In this document: positions 9,801 to 19,371 of the stretch, one piece after another
How positions within the stretch are numbered: position 1 is the stretch's first letter
How the letters are laid out: every line of letters starts with the position of its first letter
Virus record (IMG/VR): IMGVR_UViG_3300048861_000079
Coordinates: 22,932 to 86,931 of that record
Direction: 5' to 3' (one strand)
From: a virus
Lineage: Duplodnaviria > Caudoviricetes
Length of the DNA: 64,000 nucleotides
Position numbers and translations under genes: made by a program
Notes under the pieces: model-generated
Told to the model about the DNA's origin: nothing
Seen by the model: only the letters and a program-made list of their open reading frames with translations
Databases searched by the model: none

Positions 9801-11512
9801 AGGGCTTCAAGACCGACCTGCCGGCGAACATTCGCGAGCTGGCAGCAAAGTATGGCCTGTCCTGGGGCGGCGACTGGAAGTCCGTCAAGGACACGATGCA
9901 CTTCGAATGGCGCGGCGGCAACGCTCCGCAGGGCAGGGTGCCGGCCGCCGACTCCGCGCCTGGCGCCGGCCAGATGCCGCAGGTTCCCGAGATCCCGCAG
10001 TATGACAGCACGGCGACCCAGGAGCGACAGAACCAGCTGCTTCAGGATCGCGTGGCGATGACCGAGAAGCTGCAGGAGGAGGGCAAGAAGCTCGCCGAGC
10101 GCGAAGCCGCGGCTGATGAGGGCATGGATGAGGTCAAGCGCAAGGAAGCGCTCGATACGATCCTGAAGAAGACCCAGGAGCTCACGACCCAGACCGACAA
10201 GCTCGGCAAGACCGAGGAGCGCTACGTCAACGCCATCACGCATGGCGAGCTCGGCCGCTCCAAGGATCCGAAGGCGAAGGAATACCAGGACATCCTGGCG
10301 GCCGCGCGCGAGCAGGACAAGATCGAAGGCCAGCTTAACGACAAGGCCAAGGCTGGCACCGAAGCCGCGCGCGACCGCAAGAAGCTCGATGAGCAGCGCG
10401 CCGAGCTGGTCAAGGAAATCGCCGAGCAGGAGAAGCTTGCCAAGAACCCGGACTACAAGCCGGAAAGCTCGCAGCTCGCCAACACCCGCAAGCAGCTCGA
10501 TGACTACGTCCAGTCGATCAAGGATTCGGAAGGCGAGGCAAGCCAGGCCTACAAGGATGCTGTCGACTATCGCTCGGCCTATCTCGCACAGACCCAGCAG
10601 CGCGATCTCCTGACGCAGCGCGCAGCGATGAACAGCAACACGCGCGACCTGCAGACGAACCTGCTTTCGCAGTCGCAGATCCGTGCTGTGTCGATGCAGC
10701 GCGAACTGGATGAGCTGAACCGCCGCGAAGCGCAGGAACTCGCCGTCACCGGCCAGACCGAAGCGCAGAAGGCCCAGATCACCGAGGACTACGAGAAGGC
10801 CAAGGCTGCGATCCGCGCCAAGTATAACGCCGAAGCCTCGCCGCTGCAGAAGCAGATGACCGAATGGCGCGATGTTCAGACGGAGCTTGCCCAGGCCTCC
10901 ACGAAGTGGATGGACTCGCTTGCCGGCGGCATCACCGACCTCATCACCGGCACCGGCGACCTGCGTTCGGCCATTCAGGGGATCCTGAAGGACATCGTGA
11001 ACATGGGCGTCAAGTATATGATGGGCTCGTTGATGCAGGGCAAGCAGGGCGGTGCAGGCCGTGCCGGCGCCAAGGCATCGAAGGGTGGTCAGTCCAAGAT
11101 TGCAGCCAGCGGCAAGTCGGCCGGCCTCTATCACACCGGCGGCATCGTCGGCATGGGCACTGGCGCGTCCAAGATCGCCTCGGCCGCTGCCTGGATGAAC
11201 GCTCCGAAGTTCCACACCGGCGGCATCGTCGGCTCGAGCCTGCTTCCGAACGAAGTGCCGATCATCGCCAAGAAGGGCGAGGGCGTCTTCACCGAAGACC
11301 AGATGAGCGCGATGGGCGGCTTCAGCCAGCAGCAGAACGTCCAGATCAATGCGCCTGTCACGGTCAACGCCTCCGGCGGCACGCCCGAGCAGAACAACGA
11401 TCTCGCCCAGAAGATGAGCAAGCAGATGGAAACGACCATGCGCTCTGTCGTCGCCGATGAGCTGCGCAAGCAGACCCGTCCGGGCAACTACCTGAACCAG
11501 AGGAGCCGCTAA
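6818..11512 (+). CDS. tape measure protein with an internal peptidase M15 domain
   Basis: 1564 aa helical; tape-measure N-domain (QMAGKSVIQMEELRQQLGE); SEHAFGNAID...WGGDW..KDTMHFE; C-terminal FHTGG motifs. Confidence 0.9.
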   Translation: MSNIRVELQLADGSFTSGMLRAGQSLNEFNQQLIRTNPRLAALAAGSGSIVTSINRADGATKGFLGTLRDVSIVTGLVSMGLSTMSGVANGFVGEIVKVNAEMERLRFMMQAMSTAKDPFADANRSVAYLRDQAKNMPFAMGTITNAFVKLKTTGMDPMNGSLTALADGISAFGGDDQAFNRVTVAITQMAGKSVIQMEELRQQLGEQMPAAFQVMARSAGVSVAELTKAISTGRVEAKPALEGFFQELERSYGGEAQRMMQTFSGQVSQLATNLQNLATNEGGRGFFDQVKAQLVDINQFLSSNAAQMFATRLGQGLSQAVGWIRTAAENVFEFRNEILNVGSAIAAAFGGLAIIRGIGSFVSAVGSLRAALVGVGAQFQVAGNAQAYYNLVTNSGAPALVRLRAAMLVTTEAAAGLTMTLTAVAPWVAAVGIAVYTAGNYFGWFTDKVKENYETLEQYGAQTRKQAADTIAARKAELEANLEVFEAQKKQQEDLAKWGVTTADSTDVEENIKKAKAALDDLNKKQEDILNQAASNEDQSELAKLDRRLQTEIGMIENNYRQQQEKAEVHYNELAKQDADAGKVAVKTEQDRKAAILAIQQERSKAILDIYQKEEDELKKRQQTALGDELTRINTLLGNVRARWLQENDNLKNLKMPAGIQFANKPINDAQNIKQGQTTLKSLTDDIAKVQAQLGGASGAAAEMWQKIKNGDYGQIEGATEETKKLHEELMAATTQKEALDKLMAGQKKAEQDLASVKEKVLAKEFELRKKMSGGDNMTDSEEFLLKLQDGFYQGLGPIDNIREAISGVTSALDLTGTTLNTIGNVTRNNTFGDQTAQKIQTVTDKLREMSGVLADISRGVSGIDMSNIGKGLPTSTAGFSGGALMGMAGFSGVPTSGANLMSKHMDIFGDPRTPGWAAQNLTDVGIDNGMKVQVNKLAADAFKGFLNELLGQGYNIKSLGGYALRDKVSGNGISEHAFGNAIDINPDQNPYGKGFKTDLPANIRELAAKYGLSWGGDWKSVKDTMHFEWRGGNAPQGRVPAADSAPGAGQMPQVPEIPQYDSTATQERQNQLLQDRVAMTEKLQEEGKKLAEREAAADEGMDEVKRKEALDTILKKTQELTTQTDKLGKTEERYVNAITHGELGRSKDPKAKEYQDILAAAREQDKIEGQLNDKAKAGTEAARDRKKLDEQRAELVKEIAEQEKLAKNPDYKPESSQLANTRKQLDDYVQSIKDSEGEASQAYKDAVDYRSAYLAQTQQRDLLTQRAAMNSNTRDLQTNLLSQSQIRAVSMQRELDELNRREAQELAVTGQTEAQKAQITEDYEKAKAAIRAKYNAEASPLQKQMTEWRDVQTELAQASTKWMDSLAGGITDLITGTGDLRSAIQGILKDIVNMGVKYMMGSLMQGKQGGAGRAGAKASKGGQSKIAASGKSAGLYHTGGIVGMGTGASKIASAAAWMNAPKFHTGGIVGSSLLPNEVPIIAKKGEGVFTEDQMSAMGGFSQQQNVQINAPVTVNASGGTPEQNNDLAQKMSKQMETTMRSVVADELRKQTRPGNYLNQRSR

Positions 11513-11865
11513 TGTCCGTCCCGACTTTCGAGCCGCCGGTCGGTCCCTCTCCCGGCACCGCGCACAAGCCGACCATCAGCCTGAACGAGACCGAGTTCGG
11601 CGACGGCTATTCGCAGATCTCGCCGAAGGGGCTGAACCACATCAAGAAGTCCACCACGCTGAAGTGGGAAGTGCTGACGCTCGACCAGATGCACGAGATC
11701 ATGGATTTCTTCGAAGAGATGGGCGGCTATCTGCCCTTCTACTATCGACCGTTCGGCGAGCGCCTGGCGATCAAGTGGACCTGCAAGGACTTCTCGGCAG
11801 ATACCCAGGGCGGCATCTGGAGCGTGAGCGCGACCTTCATCCAGTCGTTCTCGAATGCAGAGTAA
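11512..11865 (+). CDS. lambda gpM-like minor tail protein
   Basis: ETEFGDGYSQ...GLN; follows the tape measure gene. Confidence 0.8.
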   Translation: MSVPTFEPPVGPSPGTAHKPTISLNETEFGDGYSQISPKGLNHIKKSTTLKWEVLTLDQMHEIMDFFEEMGGYLPFYYRPFGERLAIKWTCKDFSADTQGGIWSVSATFIQSFSNAE

Positions 11866-11881
11866 GCATTTACTTACTTTT
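11862..11881. promoter_or_regulatory. degenerate operator (upstream member of a pair)
   Basis: GTAAGCATTTACTTACTTTT. Confidence 0.55.
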
Positions 11882-11886
11882 TCCTC

Positions 11887-11915
11887 TTGCTGATAAGTAA
11901 GCACTTACTTACAAT
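11887..11915 (+). promoter_or_regulatory. sigma70-like promoter whose spacer is the operator
   Basis: TTGCTG-N17-TACAAT. Confidence 0.55.
11893..11912. promoter_or_regulatory. 20-bp palindromic operator
   Basis: ATAAGTAAGCACTTACTTAC. Confidence 0.8.
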
Positions 11916-11939
11916 GCGGACTCCAACCAAGGGGTCTCG

Positions 11940-12650
11940 ATGTCCAATTTGCAAGCTGAAGGCCAGAGCCTCTCTCCTTCAGGAATCGTTTCGCTGTTCA
12001 CCCTCGACGCGACGTCGATGGGTGGGCCGCTGATGCATTTCGTCCAGGGCACGGAGCTTGACCAGGCGGTCAGCTTCGCAGGGGTCGTCTACAACGCAAT
12101 CGACGTCCAGTTCGACGGGCTCGAGACCACGGGCACCGGCGCGCTGCCGACGCCGCAGATCCGCATCTCCAATACTGACGGCCTGGCCCAGGCGCTTATT
12201 TCGACCTACGGCGAGCTGCTTGGCTGCACGCTCTTTCGCGTGCGCACCTACACGCGCTTCCTCGACGGCCAGCCGGACGCGGATCCGGAAGCCTTCTATG
12301 GCCCGGACATCTTCCGCTTTGAGCGCAAGACCTCCGAGAACGACGTCTACATCGAGTGGGAGCTCTCCGCTTCGATCGACCAGGAAGGCAAGCAGCTTCC
12401 CGGCCGCACCGTCATCCGCAACACCTGCCTGTGGCGCTACCGCTACTACAACGGCTCCACCGGCCACTACGACTATTCCAAGGCGCAGTGCCCTTACACG
12501 GGCGCGCAGGCCTACGACATCAACGACCTTCCTGTCTCTGACCCGGCCAAGGACGTGCCCTCGCGCCGCCTGTCGTGCTGCCGCACGCGCTTTGGCCGCG
12601 CCAATCCGCTGCCCTTCGGCGGCTTTCCCGGCGTCCAAAGGATTTCCTGA
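11940..12650 (+). CDS. lambda gpL-like minor tail protein
   Basis: RVRTYTRFLD, WELSASID...LPGR, and C-terminal Cys cluster (C..C..C..RFG..LPFGGFPG). Confidence 0.85.
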   Translation: MSNLQAEGQSLSPSGIVSLFTLDATSMGGPLMHFVQGTELDQAVSFAGVVYNAIDVQFDGLETTGTGALPTPQIRISNTDGLAQALISTYGELLGCTLFRVRTYTRFLDGQPDADPEAFYGPDIFRFERKTSENDVYIEWELSASIDQEGKQLPGRTVIRNTCLWRYRYYNGSTGHYDYSKAQCPYTGAQAYDINDLPVSDPAKDVPSRRLSCCRTRFGRANPLPFGGFPGVQRIS

Positions 12651-13447
12651 TGACCTATCCGTTCTTTGAGGCGTTCGAAGACGCCAAGGCACACGCGCGC
12701 AGGCAGTTCCCGGAAGAGAGTTGCGGCGTCATCGTCAAGGGCAAGTATATCGCCTGCGACAACGTCGCCGACGATCCGGCCAACCACATCGATCATGCGG
12801 ACTGCGACTGCCGGCTTTGCGCCTTCGCTATCGGTTCGAAGGAATACGACAAGCACGCGATCGCCGGCATCGACATGGTGATCCATAGCCATCCGAACGG
12901 CCCGTTCTATCCCTCGCTCGCCGACATGGAATACCAGGCGCGCACCGGCCGCCCGTGGGCAATCATCGTCCTGGACGAAGAGCGCATCTCCACCAAGCCC
13001 ACCATCTGGGGCGCTGAGACCGAGATCCCGGCGATCCTCGGCCGCGAATTCATGCACGGCGTGACCGACTGCTACCAGCTCATCAAGGACGTCTACGCGC
13101 TCGGCCGCGAGAAGCTCGAGGCGCAGGGCATCGTCGGGTGGCCGTTTGAGCCGATCACGCTGATGCACAAGCCGCGCGAGGATGCCTGGTGGGAAGGCGA
13201 TGCCGATCTCTACGAGGAGAACTTCGCGGCTGCCGGCTTTGTCGAGGTCACCGACGCACCGAAGCCCGGCGACGTCTTCCTGATGAAGATCCGCTCTTCG
13301 AAGAACAATCACGGCGGCGTCCTTCTCGACAACGCACTCATCCTTCATCACCTGCCGCAGCGCCTCTCCAGGCGTGAGCCGGCCGGCATCTGGGGCCGCC
13401 AGGCGACGAAGTGGCTTCGCTACGTAGGCGAGGGCACCCATGCGTAA
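12650..13447 (+). CDS. lambda gpK-like tail assembly protein (JAB + NlpC/P60)
   Basis: ESCG, HSHP..PSLAD, HGVTDCY, NHGG; TGATG-coupled start. Confidence 0.85.
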   Translation: MTYPFFEAFEDAKAHARRQFPEESCGVIVKGKYIACDNVADDPANHIDHADCDCRLCAFAIGSKEYDKHAIAGIDMVIHSHPNGPFYPSLADMEYQARTGRPWAIIVLDEERISTKPTIWGAETEIPAILGREFMHGVTDCYQLIKDVYALGREKLEAQGIVGWPFEPITLMHKPREDAWWEGDADLYEENFAAAGFVEVTDAPKPGDVFLMKIRSSKNNHGGVLLDNALILHHLPQRLSRREPAGIWGRQATKWLRYVGEGTHA

Positions 13448-14099
13448 GATCTTTCTCCACGGCTCTCTGGGCGACCGCTACGGCCACGAATTCGAACTGG
13501 AAGTGTCGACGGCCGGCGAGGCCTTTCGCGCGCTGGCTGCCAACTTCTCGGGCTTCATGAAGCAGGTCCGCGAGGGCGCCTGGCATATCGTGCGCGCTCA
13601 TAAGGGCGACATCGACGGCGGCATTTCCCTCGATGAGACCCAGATCAAGGGCTTCCATCTAGGCCGTAAGGGCGACCTTCACATCCTGCCTTACGTCGCC
13701 GGCTCCAAGCGCGGCGGCCTGCTTAAGGTCGTTCTCGGCGTCGTCCTTGTCGGAGCAGCCTTTGCTTTGACTGGCGGCGCGCTTGCATCGCCGATCCTCG
13801 GCGCCGGTGGCCTGCTCGGCGGCGTAACGGGCAGCCATGTTGCGCTCATTGGTGCGGCTGTCGCACTGGCCGGCGTCTCTTCGATGCTGACGCCCGAGCA
13901 GAAGGCCTCCGACGAAGACGGCTCGAGCTCCTTCACCATGTCCGGCCCCGGCAACACCAGCAACCAGGGCGGCCCTGTGCCTCTCGCTTACGGCGAGATC
14001 ATCACCGGCGGCACGCTGATCTCCGGCGGCGTCGACATCGAGCAGATCGCGGTTACCGGCGACGGTGGCGGGTCGGTTGGATCGGGAGGCAAGAAGTGA
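13440..14099 (+). CDS. lambda gpI-like tail assembly protein
   Basis: LHGSLGDRYG...QGGPVPLAYGE...GGTLISGG. Confidence 0.85.
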   Translation: MRKIFLHGSLGDRYGHEFELEVSTAGEAFRALAANFSGFMKQVREGAWHIVRAHKGDIDGGISLDETQIKGFHLGRKGDLHILPYVAGSKRGGLLKVVLGVVLVGAAFALTGGALASPILGAGGLLGGVTGSHVALIGAAVALAGVSSMLTPEQKASDEDGSSSFTMSGPGNTSNQGGPVPLAYGEIITGGTLISGGVDIEQIAVTGDGGGSVGSGGKK

Positions 14100-17000
14100 T
14101 CACGATCGAACGGCACACCCTGACGTCGTCTACGACGATGGGCCTTCCTCCTGTCCGCGGACGGCGCGTCTTTGGTCGCGGTGGCGGTGGCGGCAAGAGC
14201 GGAGGCAGCGCCTCCAACGACAAGAACACCATGCGCTCGCGCGCGGACTTCCGCCTGATCGACGCCATCTCCGAAGGCGAGATCGAGGGCCTGGTCAATG
14301 GCGCGCAGTCGATCTTCTTCGACCAGACCCCGCTGCAGAACGCCGACGGCACCTTCAATTTCAAGGACGTCGCCTGGTCGGCGCACCGCGGCCTGGCTGA
14401 CGAAGGCTACTTCAACGGCCATGACGCCGTCGAGACACCTGTCGAGGTCGAGACCCAGGTCAAGAACGCTCTTGGCCCGACCACCCGCACCATCGTTGAC
14501 GAGAACGTCGATGCAGTCCGCGTCATCATGCGCATTCCGGCGCTGGTCAAGCAGGACAGCAAGGGCGGCCTGAAGAAGACTTCGGTCTCCTACACGATCT
14601 CCTACCGCGCCAACAACGGCTCCTGGGTCGACGCGATCCAGAACGACATCAGCAATCAGAAGGCGCTTTCGCCTTTCCAGATCGCTCATGTCGTCAATCT
14701 CCCGGCCGGCGGCTCGCCCTGGGATATCCGCGTCACCCGCAACACCGCCGACAGTGACGACGACAAGCTCCAGAACGACACCTATTGGGAAGGTTACGTC
14801 GAGCTCGTCTACGGCAAGTTCATCTACCCGCACACCGCGGGCGTGGCGCTCTCCGGCAATGCCGAGGAGATGGGCAGCTCCGTTCCGCCGCGCAGCTACC
14901 ACATCAAGGGCATGAAGATCGCGGTTCCGTCGAACTACGATCCGATCGCGCGCACCTATTCCGGGATCTGGAACGGATCCTTCAAGATCGCCTGGACCAA
15001 CAATCCGGCCTGGATCTTTTACGACCTCATCACCAACGACCGCTACGGCCTGGGCGAATTCGTCAGCCCCGAGATCGTTGACAAGTGGTCGCTCTACACC
15101 ATCGCGCAGTATTGCGATCAGCAGGTGAAGTCCGGCTTCAAGAACGGCGACACGGGTGCGGATCTCTACGAGCCGCGCTTTACCTTCAATGGCGTCATCA
15201 ACACCAAGGATGAAGCCTACAACGTCCTGCAGAACATCACCCAGGCCTGGCGCGGCATGGCCTATTGGGCGATGGGCCAGGTCTTTGCGACCGCCGACAT
15301 GCCGGCAGACCCGGTCAAGCTGGTCTCGCCCGCCAACGTCGTCGGTGGCGACTTCGACTATGCCGGCACTGCGATCAAGGCCCGGCACTCCGTCGTCATG
15401 GTCAAGTGGAACAATCCGGACGACTTCTATCGTGCCGACACCGAAGTCGTCATCGATAGCGACCTTCTGCACAAGTATGGATGGCGCGACAAGACGGTGC
15501 AGCTGAACGGCTGCACGTCGCGCGGCCTGGCGCATCGCTACGGCAAGTGGATCATCGACACCGAACAGCACGAGACCGACACGCTGACCTACTCGGCGTC
15601 CTGGGACCATGCCGAAGTGCGCCCTGGTGAAATCGTCGCCGTCTCGCATCCGCGCAAGGCGCAGATCCGCGCGTCCGGCCGTGTCGTCAAGCATGACGAA
15701 CTGACCATCACCCTCGATGATGATTTCGACTGGAACGAAGGCCAGACCTATCAGCTGATGCTGACCATGCCGTCGGGCCAGCTCGAGACGAAGCCGATCC
15801 TCGCCTTCCTCGACAATCATACGGTTCGCGTTTCCTCTGCCTATTCGGCCGAGGCGCTCGCTGACGCCATGTGGACGATCACGGGCTCCGACATCACGCC
15901 GCGGCTCTTCCGCGTCATCAATGTCGAGGAGTCGGAGCCGAACATCTTCAAGGTCACGGCGCTGTTCCATGACCCGCAGAAGTATGCCCGCGTCGAGCAG
16001 GATATCTATTTCGACCCGCTTCCCTACGAGCGCCCGCCGACCGGCTCCGTGCCGCCGACGAACCTGCTGGTAAAGGAAAGCGGCTACGTCTCCAACAATG
16101 TCCAGACGCTCCAGCTGACCGTCTCCTGGACGCCGCCGACCAATGTCCTTGCCCGCGGCTTCCTGGTCTCGGTCGACACGCCGGATGACGGCCACATCGT
16201 TCTCGGCTCGACCGATAACGCCTACATGGACATGTATAACACCACGTCGGGCGAATACACGTTCTACGTCCAGACGATCTCCATGACGGGTATCGCCTCG
16301 GCGCCTGCGCAGATCACCTTTGATGCCGCAGGTCCGGAAGGCTTCATGCGGCCGACGGTCTCCGACCTGGTGCTGGTCCAGAACCCCGGTTCGACGCAGT
16401 TCACCGGCAGGGATCTGATCGTCACCTGGAAGAACAACTTCGCGCTCTCGGCTGACCCGTCCTCGCCCTATTACGAGCCGAGCGACGTCCAGAGCCCGCA
16501 CTACGCCTTCAACACCGTCAAGATCTACAACGGCAACACGGGCGAGCTGCTGCGCCAGTCGATCGTCGGCACGAACAATTTCGACTACGATTTCCTGACC
16601 AACCAGGCCGACAACGCCGCTAAGGGTCATCCGGCCTGCCGCGTGCTGCGCGTGGCTGTCACTGTCACGGATATCTACGGCCGCGAGTCGGCTGAAGCCA
16701 CGGTGGTCTTCTCCAATCCGCCTATTCCCGAGATGGCGATCCAGACCTCGGTCAACGGCCATACGATCTATATCTCCTACGACTTGCCCGCCCAACCTGA
16801 CTTCCAGGGCGTCGATCTCTGGATCGAGGAGGCATCGGGCTACAATCCGCTGACGACGGCGCCTTTTTACGAGGGCGGCAACAACCAGATCACGTTCTCG
16901 GGCAAGGACGCGACCGACTATTTCATCCGGGTCGGCGGCTTCGACGTCTTCGGCAAGGATGGAATGCTGATCGCGCCTGAGGTTCAGGTCCACACCCTGC

Positions 17001-18919
17001 GCCTGCTCGACATCGATCCGCCCGCGGTGCCGGCGAACCTCCAGATTACGACCGGTATCGACATTGCGCCCGATGGCACGGTGCGTGCGCTGCTGCATGC
17101 AACGGTCGATGCCAACACGGAAGCAGACTTCGCGCGCTACGAGTTCGAGATCAAGGAAGGCAACGGCAATTGGGTCTCCTACTCGACCGGCTCGCCTAAC
17201 TTTGACTGGACTGTCACGCCTGGCCGGACCTACACGGTTCGTGTCCGTGGTCTCGACAGCCTGAGCAATGCGTCCGCTTTCGGCGCCGAGGTCCAGATCG
17301 TTGCCGCCAAGGACAGCGTTGCGCCGGCTATCCCGCAGAACGTCCATGCGACCGGGCTCTTCCGCTCCATCTGGGTCGACTGCGACAAGGTCGCCGACGC
17401 GGATCTCGCCTATTATGAGGTCGAGGCATCCAAGAACGGCCTGGCGACGATCTACCAGGTCACGGCTCCGCCCTTCATCCATTCCAACCTTGTCGTCGGT
17501 GACCAGTGGAGCTTCCGTATCCGTGCGGTCGACACCTCTGAAAACCGCTCTGGCTGGTCTGGCGTGGCAACCGCGACCGTCGGCGCCATCAATCCCGGCG
17601 ACCTGCCGCCCGACGCGCTGATCTCGACCTTCGCACTGATCGACACCGCTTTCATCGAAAGCGCCCAAATTATCGAGATCGATGCTAGCAAGATCAAGGC
17701 TGGCTCGGTCCTGGCAGGCACGGTCAAGGTCTCGACCTTGGCCGGCAATGTCAATCTCGGCGACGGCGGCGCGCTCGTCAACAACGGTTCGACGCAGATC
17801 GATCCCGGCAAGATCGTCATTTCCGGCGGCACGACGCTCGCTGACTGGCGCTCGGGTGGCGACAACACGCTGATCGACGGTGGCGCGCTCTCGGCCAACT
17901 CCGTTGCAGCCGAATCCCTGACGATCGGTCAGCGCGGTATCACGGTCGAGGGCATCGAGTTCAGCTCCAACAGCCCGGCGGTCAACAGCGCCTCCTGGTC
18001 TGCCGGCACGATCCGCTACACCGGCGACGACGGCAACATTGCTTCGCGCAATATCGTCGCCGGCAATGCCGCGTGGACGACTGGTGTCACCTACCTCTAC
18101 TGGACGAAGGGCGGCACGACGATCCAGGCGACCACGAATGCCGTCACGGCCTTTGGTCCGAACACCGTTGTTCTGGCTGCCTATCGCGGCGCGACTGACC
18201 TGGTTGTCGACTATGGCCGCACGATCATCGACGGTTCGAAGATCAAGACCGGCACGATCCAGGCCGATCAGCTCTCGGCGAACTCTGTCGGTGCAAGCCA
18301 GATCCAGGCACTCGCGATCCAGACGACGCACCTGGCTGCAAGCATCATCACGGCCGACAAGATTGGCGCTCGCCAGATCACGGCTGACAAGATCGCGGTC
18401 GGCGCGCTCGACGCAACGACGATCAAGGCGCATTCGATTTCGACCGACCAGCTCGTCGTCGGTGGCGTCGACTTCAGCGCGCTTGCAGTTGGTGCCTGCA
18501 CGGCCGCTGGCGCTGCCCGCTCTTCGGATGGACTGAACGCCGGTCTTGGCACGACGCAGTTACAGGCTGTGGGTGTCAACGCCGTCGCCGGCTCCTTCTG
18601 CGTGATTGAAGGCTCGGCAGCTATCTCGCAGACCGGCGTAAATAACGGAACGACGGTTGGTATTGCGATCTATCTCTATCGCAACGGCAATCTGATCTAC
18701 TCGGTTCAGGATTGGGCGCCGAACGTGAACTTCACGACGACCACCGACCGAAATGGTCAGGTGGTCATCAACGGCACGGTGGGCGGCATGATCAGTTTCG
18801 CGTTCATGGACACCGGCGTGAATGCAGGCGGGAACACCTACCAGTTTCTTGTCAACTGCACCGGCACGCCCTTGACCTTTACCGAACGCAACCTAATCGC
18901 AACGGTCTACAAGAGGTAA
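14096..18919 (+). CDS. gpJ-like tail tip/central fibre (host specificity) protein
   Basis: ISEGEIEGL, WTNNPAW, RYGLG, EPRFTFNG, FN3-like repeats, ADKI-type repeats; start could instead be ATG 14138. Confidence 0.9.
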   Translation: MITIERHTLTSSTTMGLPPVRGRRVFGRGGGGGKSGGSASNDKNTMRSRADFRLIDAISEGEIEGLVNGAQSIFFDQTPLQNADGTFNFKDVAWSAHRGLADEGYFNGHDAVETPVEVETQVKNALGPTTRTIVDENVDAVRVIMRIPALVKQDSKGGLKKTSVSYTISYRANNGSWVDAIQNDISNQKALSPFQIAHVVNLPAGGSPWDIRVTRNTADSDDDKLQNDTYWEGYVELVYGKFIYPHTAGVALSGNAEEMGSSVPPRSYHIKGMKIAVPSNYDPIARTYSGIWNGSFKIAWTNNPAWIFYDLITNDRYGLGEFVSPEIVDKWSLYTIAQYCDQQVKSGFKNGDTGADLYEPRFTFNGVINTKDEAYNVLQNITQAWRGMAYWAMGQVFATADMPADPVKLVSPANVVGGDFDYAGTAIKARHSVVMVKWNNPDDFYRADTEVVIDSDLLHKYGWRDKTVQLNGCTSRGLAHRYGKWIIDTEQHETDTLTYSASWDHAEVRPGEIVAVSHPRKAQIRASGRVVKHDELTITLDDDFDWNEGQTYQLMLTMPSGQLETKPILAFLDNHTVRVSSAYSAEALADAMWTITGSDITPRLFRVINVEESEPNIFKVTALFHDPQKYARVEQDIYFDPLPYERPPTGSVPPTNLLVKESGYVSNNVQTLQLTVSWTPPTNVLARGFLVSVDTPDDGHIVLGSTDNAYMDMYNTTSGEYTFYVQTISMTGIASAPAQITFDAAGPEGFMRPTVSDLVLVQNPGSTQFTGRDLIVTWKNNFALSADPSSPYYEPSDVQSPHYAFNTVKIYNGNTGELLRQSIVGTNNFDYDFLTNQADNAAKGHPACRVLRVAVTVTDIYGRESAEATVVFSNPPIPEMAIQTSVNGHTIYISYDLPAQPDFQGVDLWIEEASGYNPLTTAPFYEGGNNQITFSGKDATDYFIRVGGFDVFGKDGMLIAPEVQVHTLRLLDIDPPAVPANLQITTGIDIAPDGTVRALLHATVDANTEADFARYEFEIKEGNGNWVSYSTGSPNFDWTVTPGRTYTVRVRGLDSLSNASAFGAEVQIVAAKDSVAPAIPQNVHATGLFRSIWVDCDKVADADLAYYEVEASKNGLATIYQVTAPPFIHSNLVVGDQWSFRIRAVDTSENRSGWSGVATATVGAINPGDLPPDALISTFALIDTAFIESAQIIEIDASKIKAGSVLAGTVKVSTLAGNVNLGDGGALVNNGSTQIDPGKIVISGGTTLADWRSGGDNTLIDGGALSANSVAAESLTIGQRGITVEGIEFSSNSPAVNSASWSAGTIRYTGDDGNIASRNIVAGNAAWTTGVTYLYWTKGGTTIQATTNAVTAFGPNTVVLAAYRGATDLVVDYGRTIIDGSKIKTGTIQADQLSANSVGASQIQALAIQTTHLAASIITADKIGARQITADKIAVGALDATTIKAHSISTDQLVVGGVDFSALAVGACTAAGAARSSDGLNAGLGTTQLQAVGVNAVAGSFCVIEGSAAISQTGVNNGTTVGIAIYLYRNGNLIYSVQDWAPNVNFTTTTDRNGQVVINGTVGGMISFAFMDTGVNAGGNTYQFLVNCTGTPLTFTERNLIATVYKR

Positions 18920-18921
18920 CG

Positions 18922-19371
18922 ATGACGGACGAAACGGAAACGACGGGAGAGAGCGCTCTCCCGTTTGACGACGGCAGGGCCTATTTCGTGGTCCACGATA
19001 CGGCCGGCAAGATCCTGCGCCATGGCATCTGCACCGTTGACAGCCTGACGCTGCAGGGCGCGGGTGACACTGTGCTCGTGATCAACCAGGCTGATGCAAC
19101 GAACGACCTCGACAGCACCCACTATGTAGATGGCGAGCAGCTCATCGCGCGCGCGCCGCTCGAATGTGAGGACAGCTATACGGTTGCTGCCGATGGCGTT
19201 GCAACGGTTAGCTTTGCCCTTCCGGCCGGCACAAAGATCGATTTCCAGGGTGTGACCCATGATGGCGACACCACTTTCGAATTCCTCACCGATACGCCCG
19301 GCGACTACGAATTCTTCTTCTGGGCGCCGGTGACCTATCGCAACAGGAAGGTGACGATCCATGCAGTTTAA
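18922..19371 (+). CDS. hypothetical tail-associated protein (149 aa)
   Basis: GAGG RBS before ATG 18922, directly after J. Confidence 0.65.
   Translation: MTDETETTGESALPFDDGRAYFVVHDTAGKILRHGICTVDSLTLQGAGDTVLVINQADATNDLDSTHYVDGEQLIARAPLECEDSYTVAADGVATVSFALPAGTKIDFQGVTHDGDTTFEFLTDTPGDYEFFFWAPVTYRNRKVTIHAV

Noticed and set aside
13988-18433. Very long reverse-strand ORFs (e.g. 13988-18433, 42215-45652, 6803-9001, 9038-11215, 53241-55175)
   Set aside because: They are antisense shadows of genes with strong C/G third-position bias, which suppresses stops on the opposite strand. They have no RBS, no motifs and no independent promoters.
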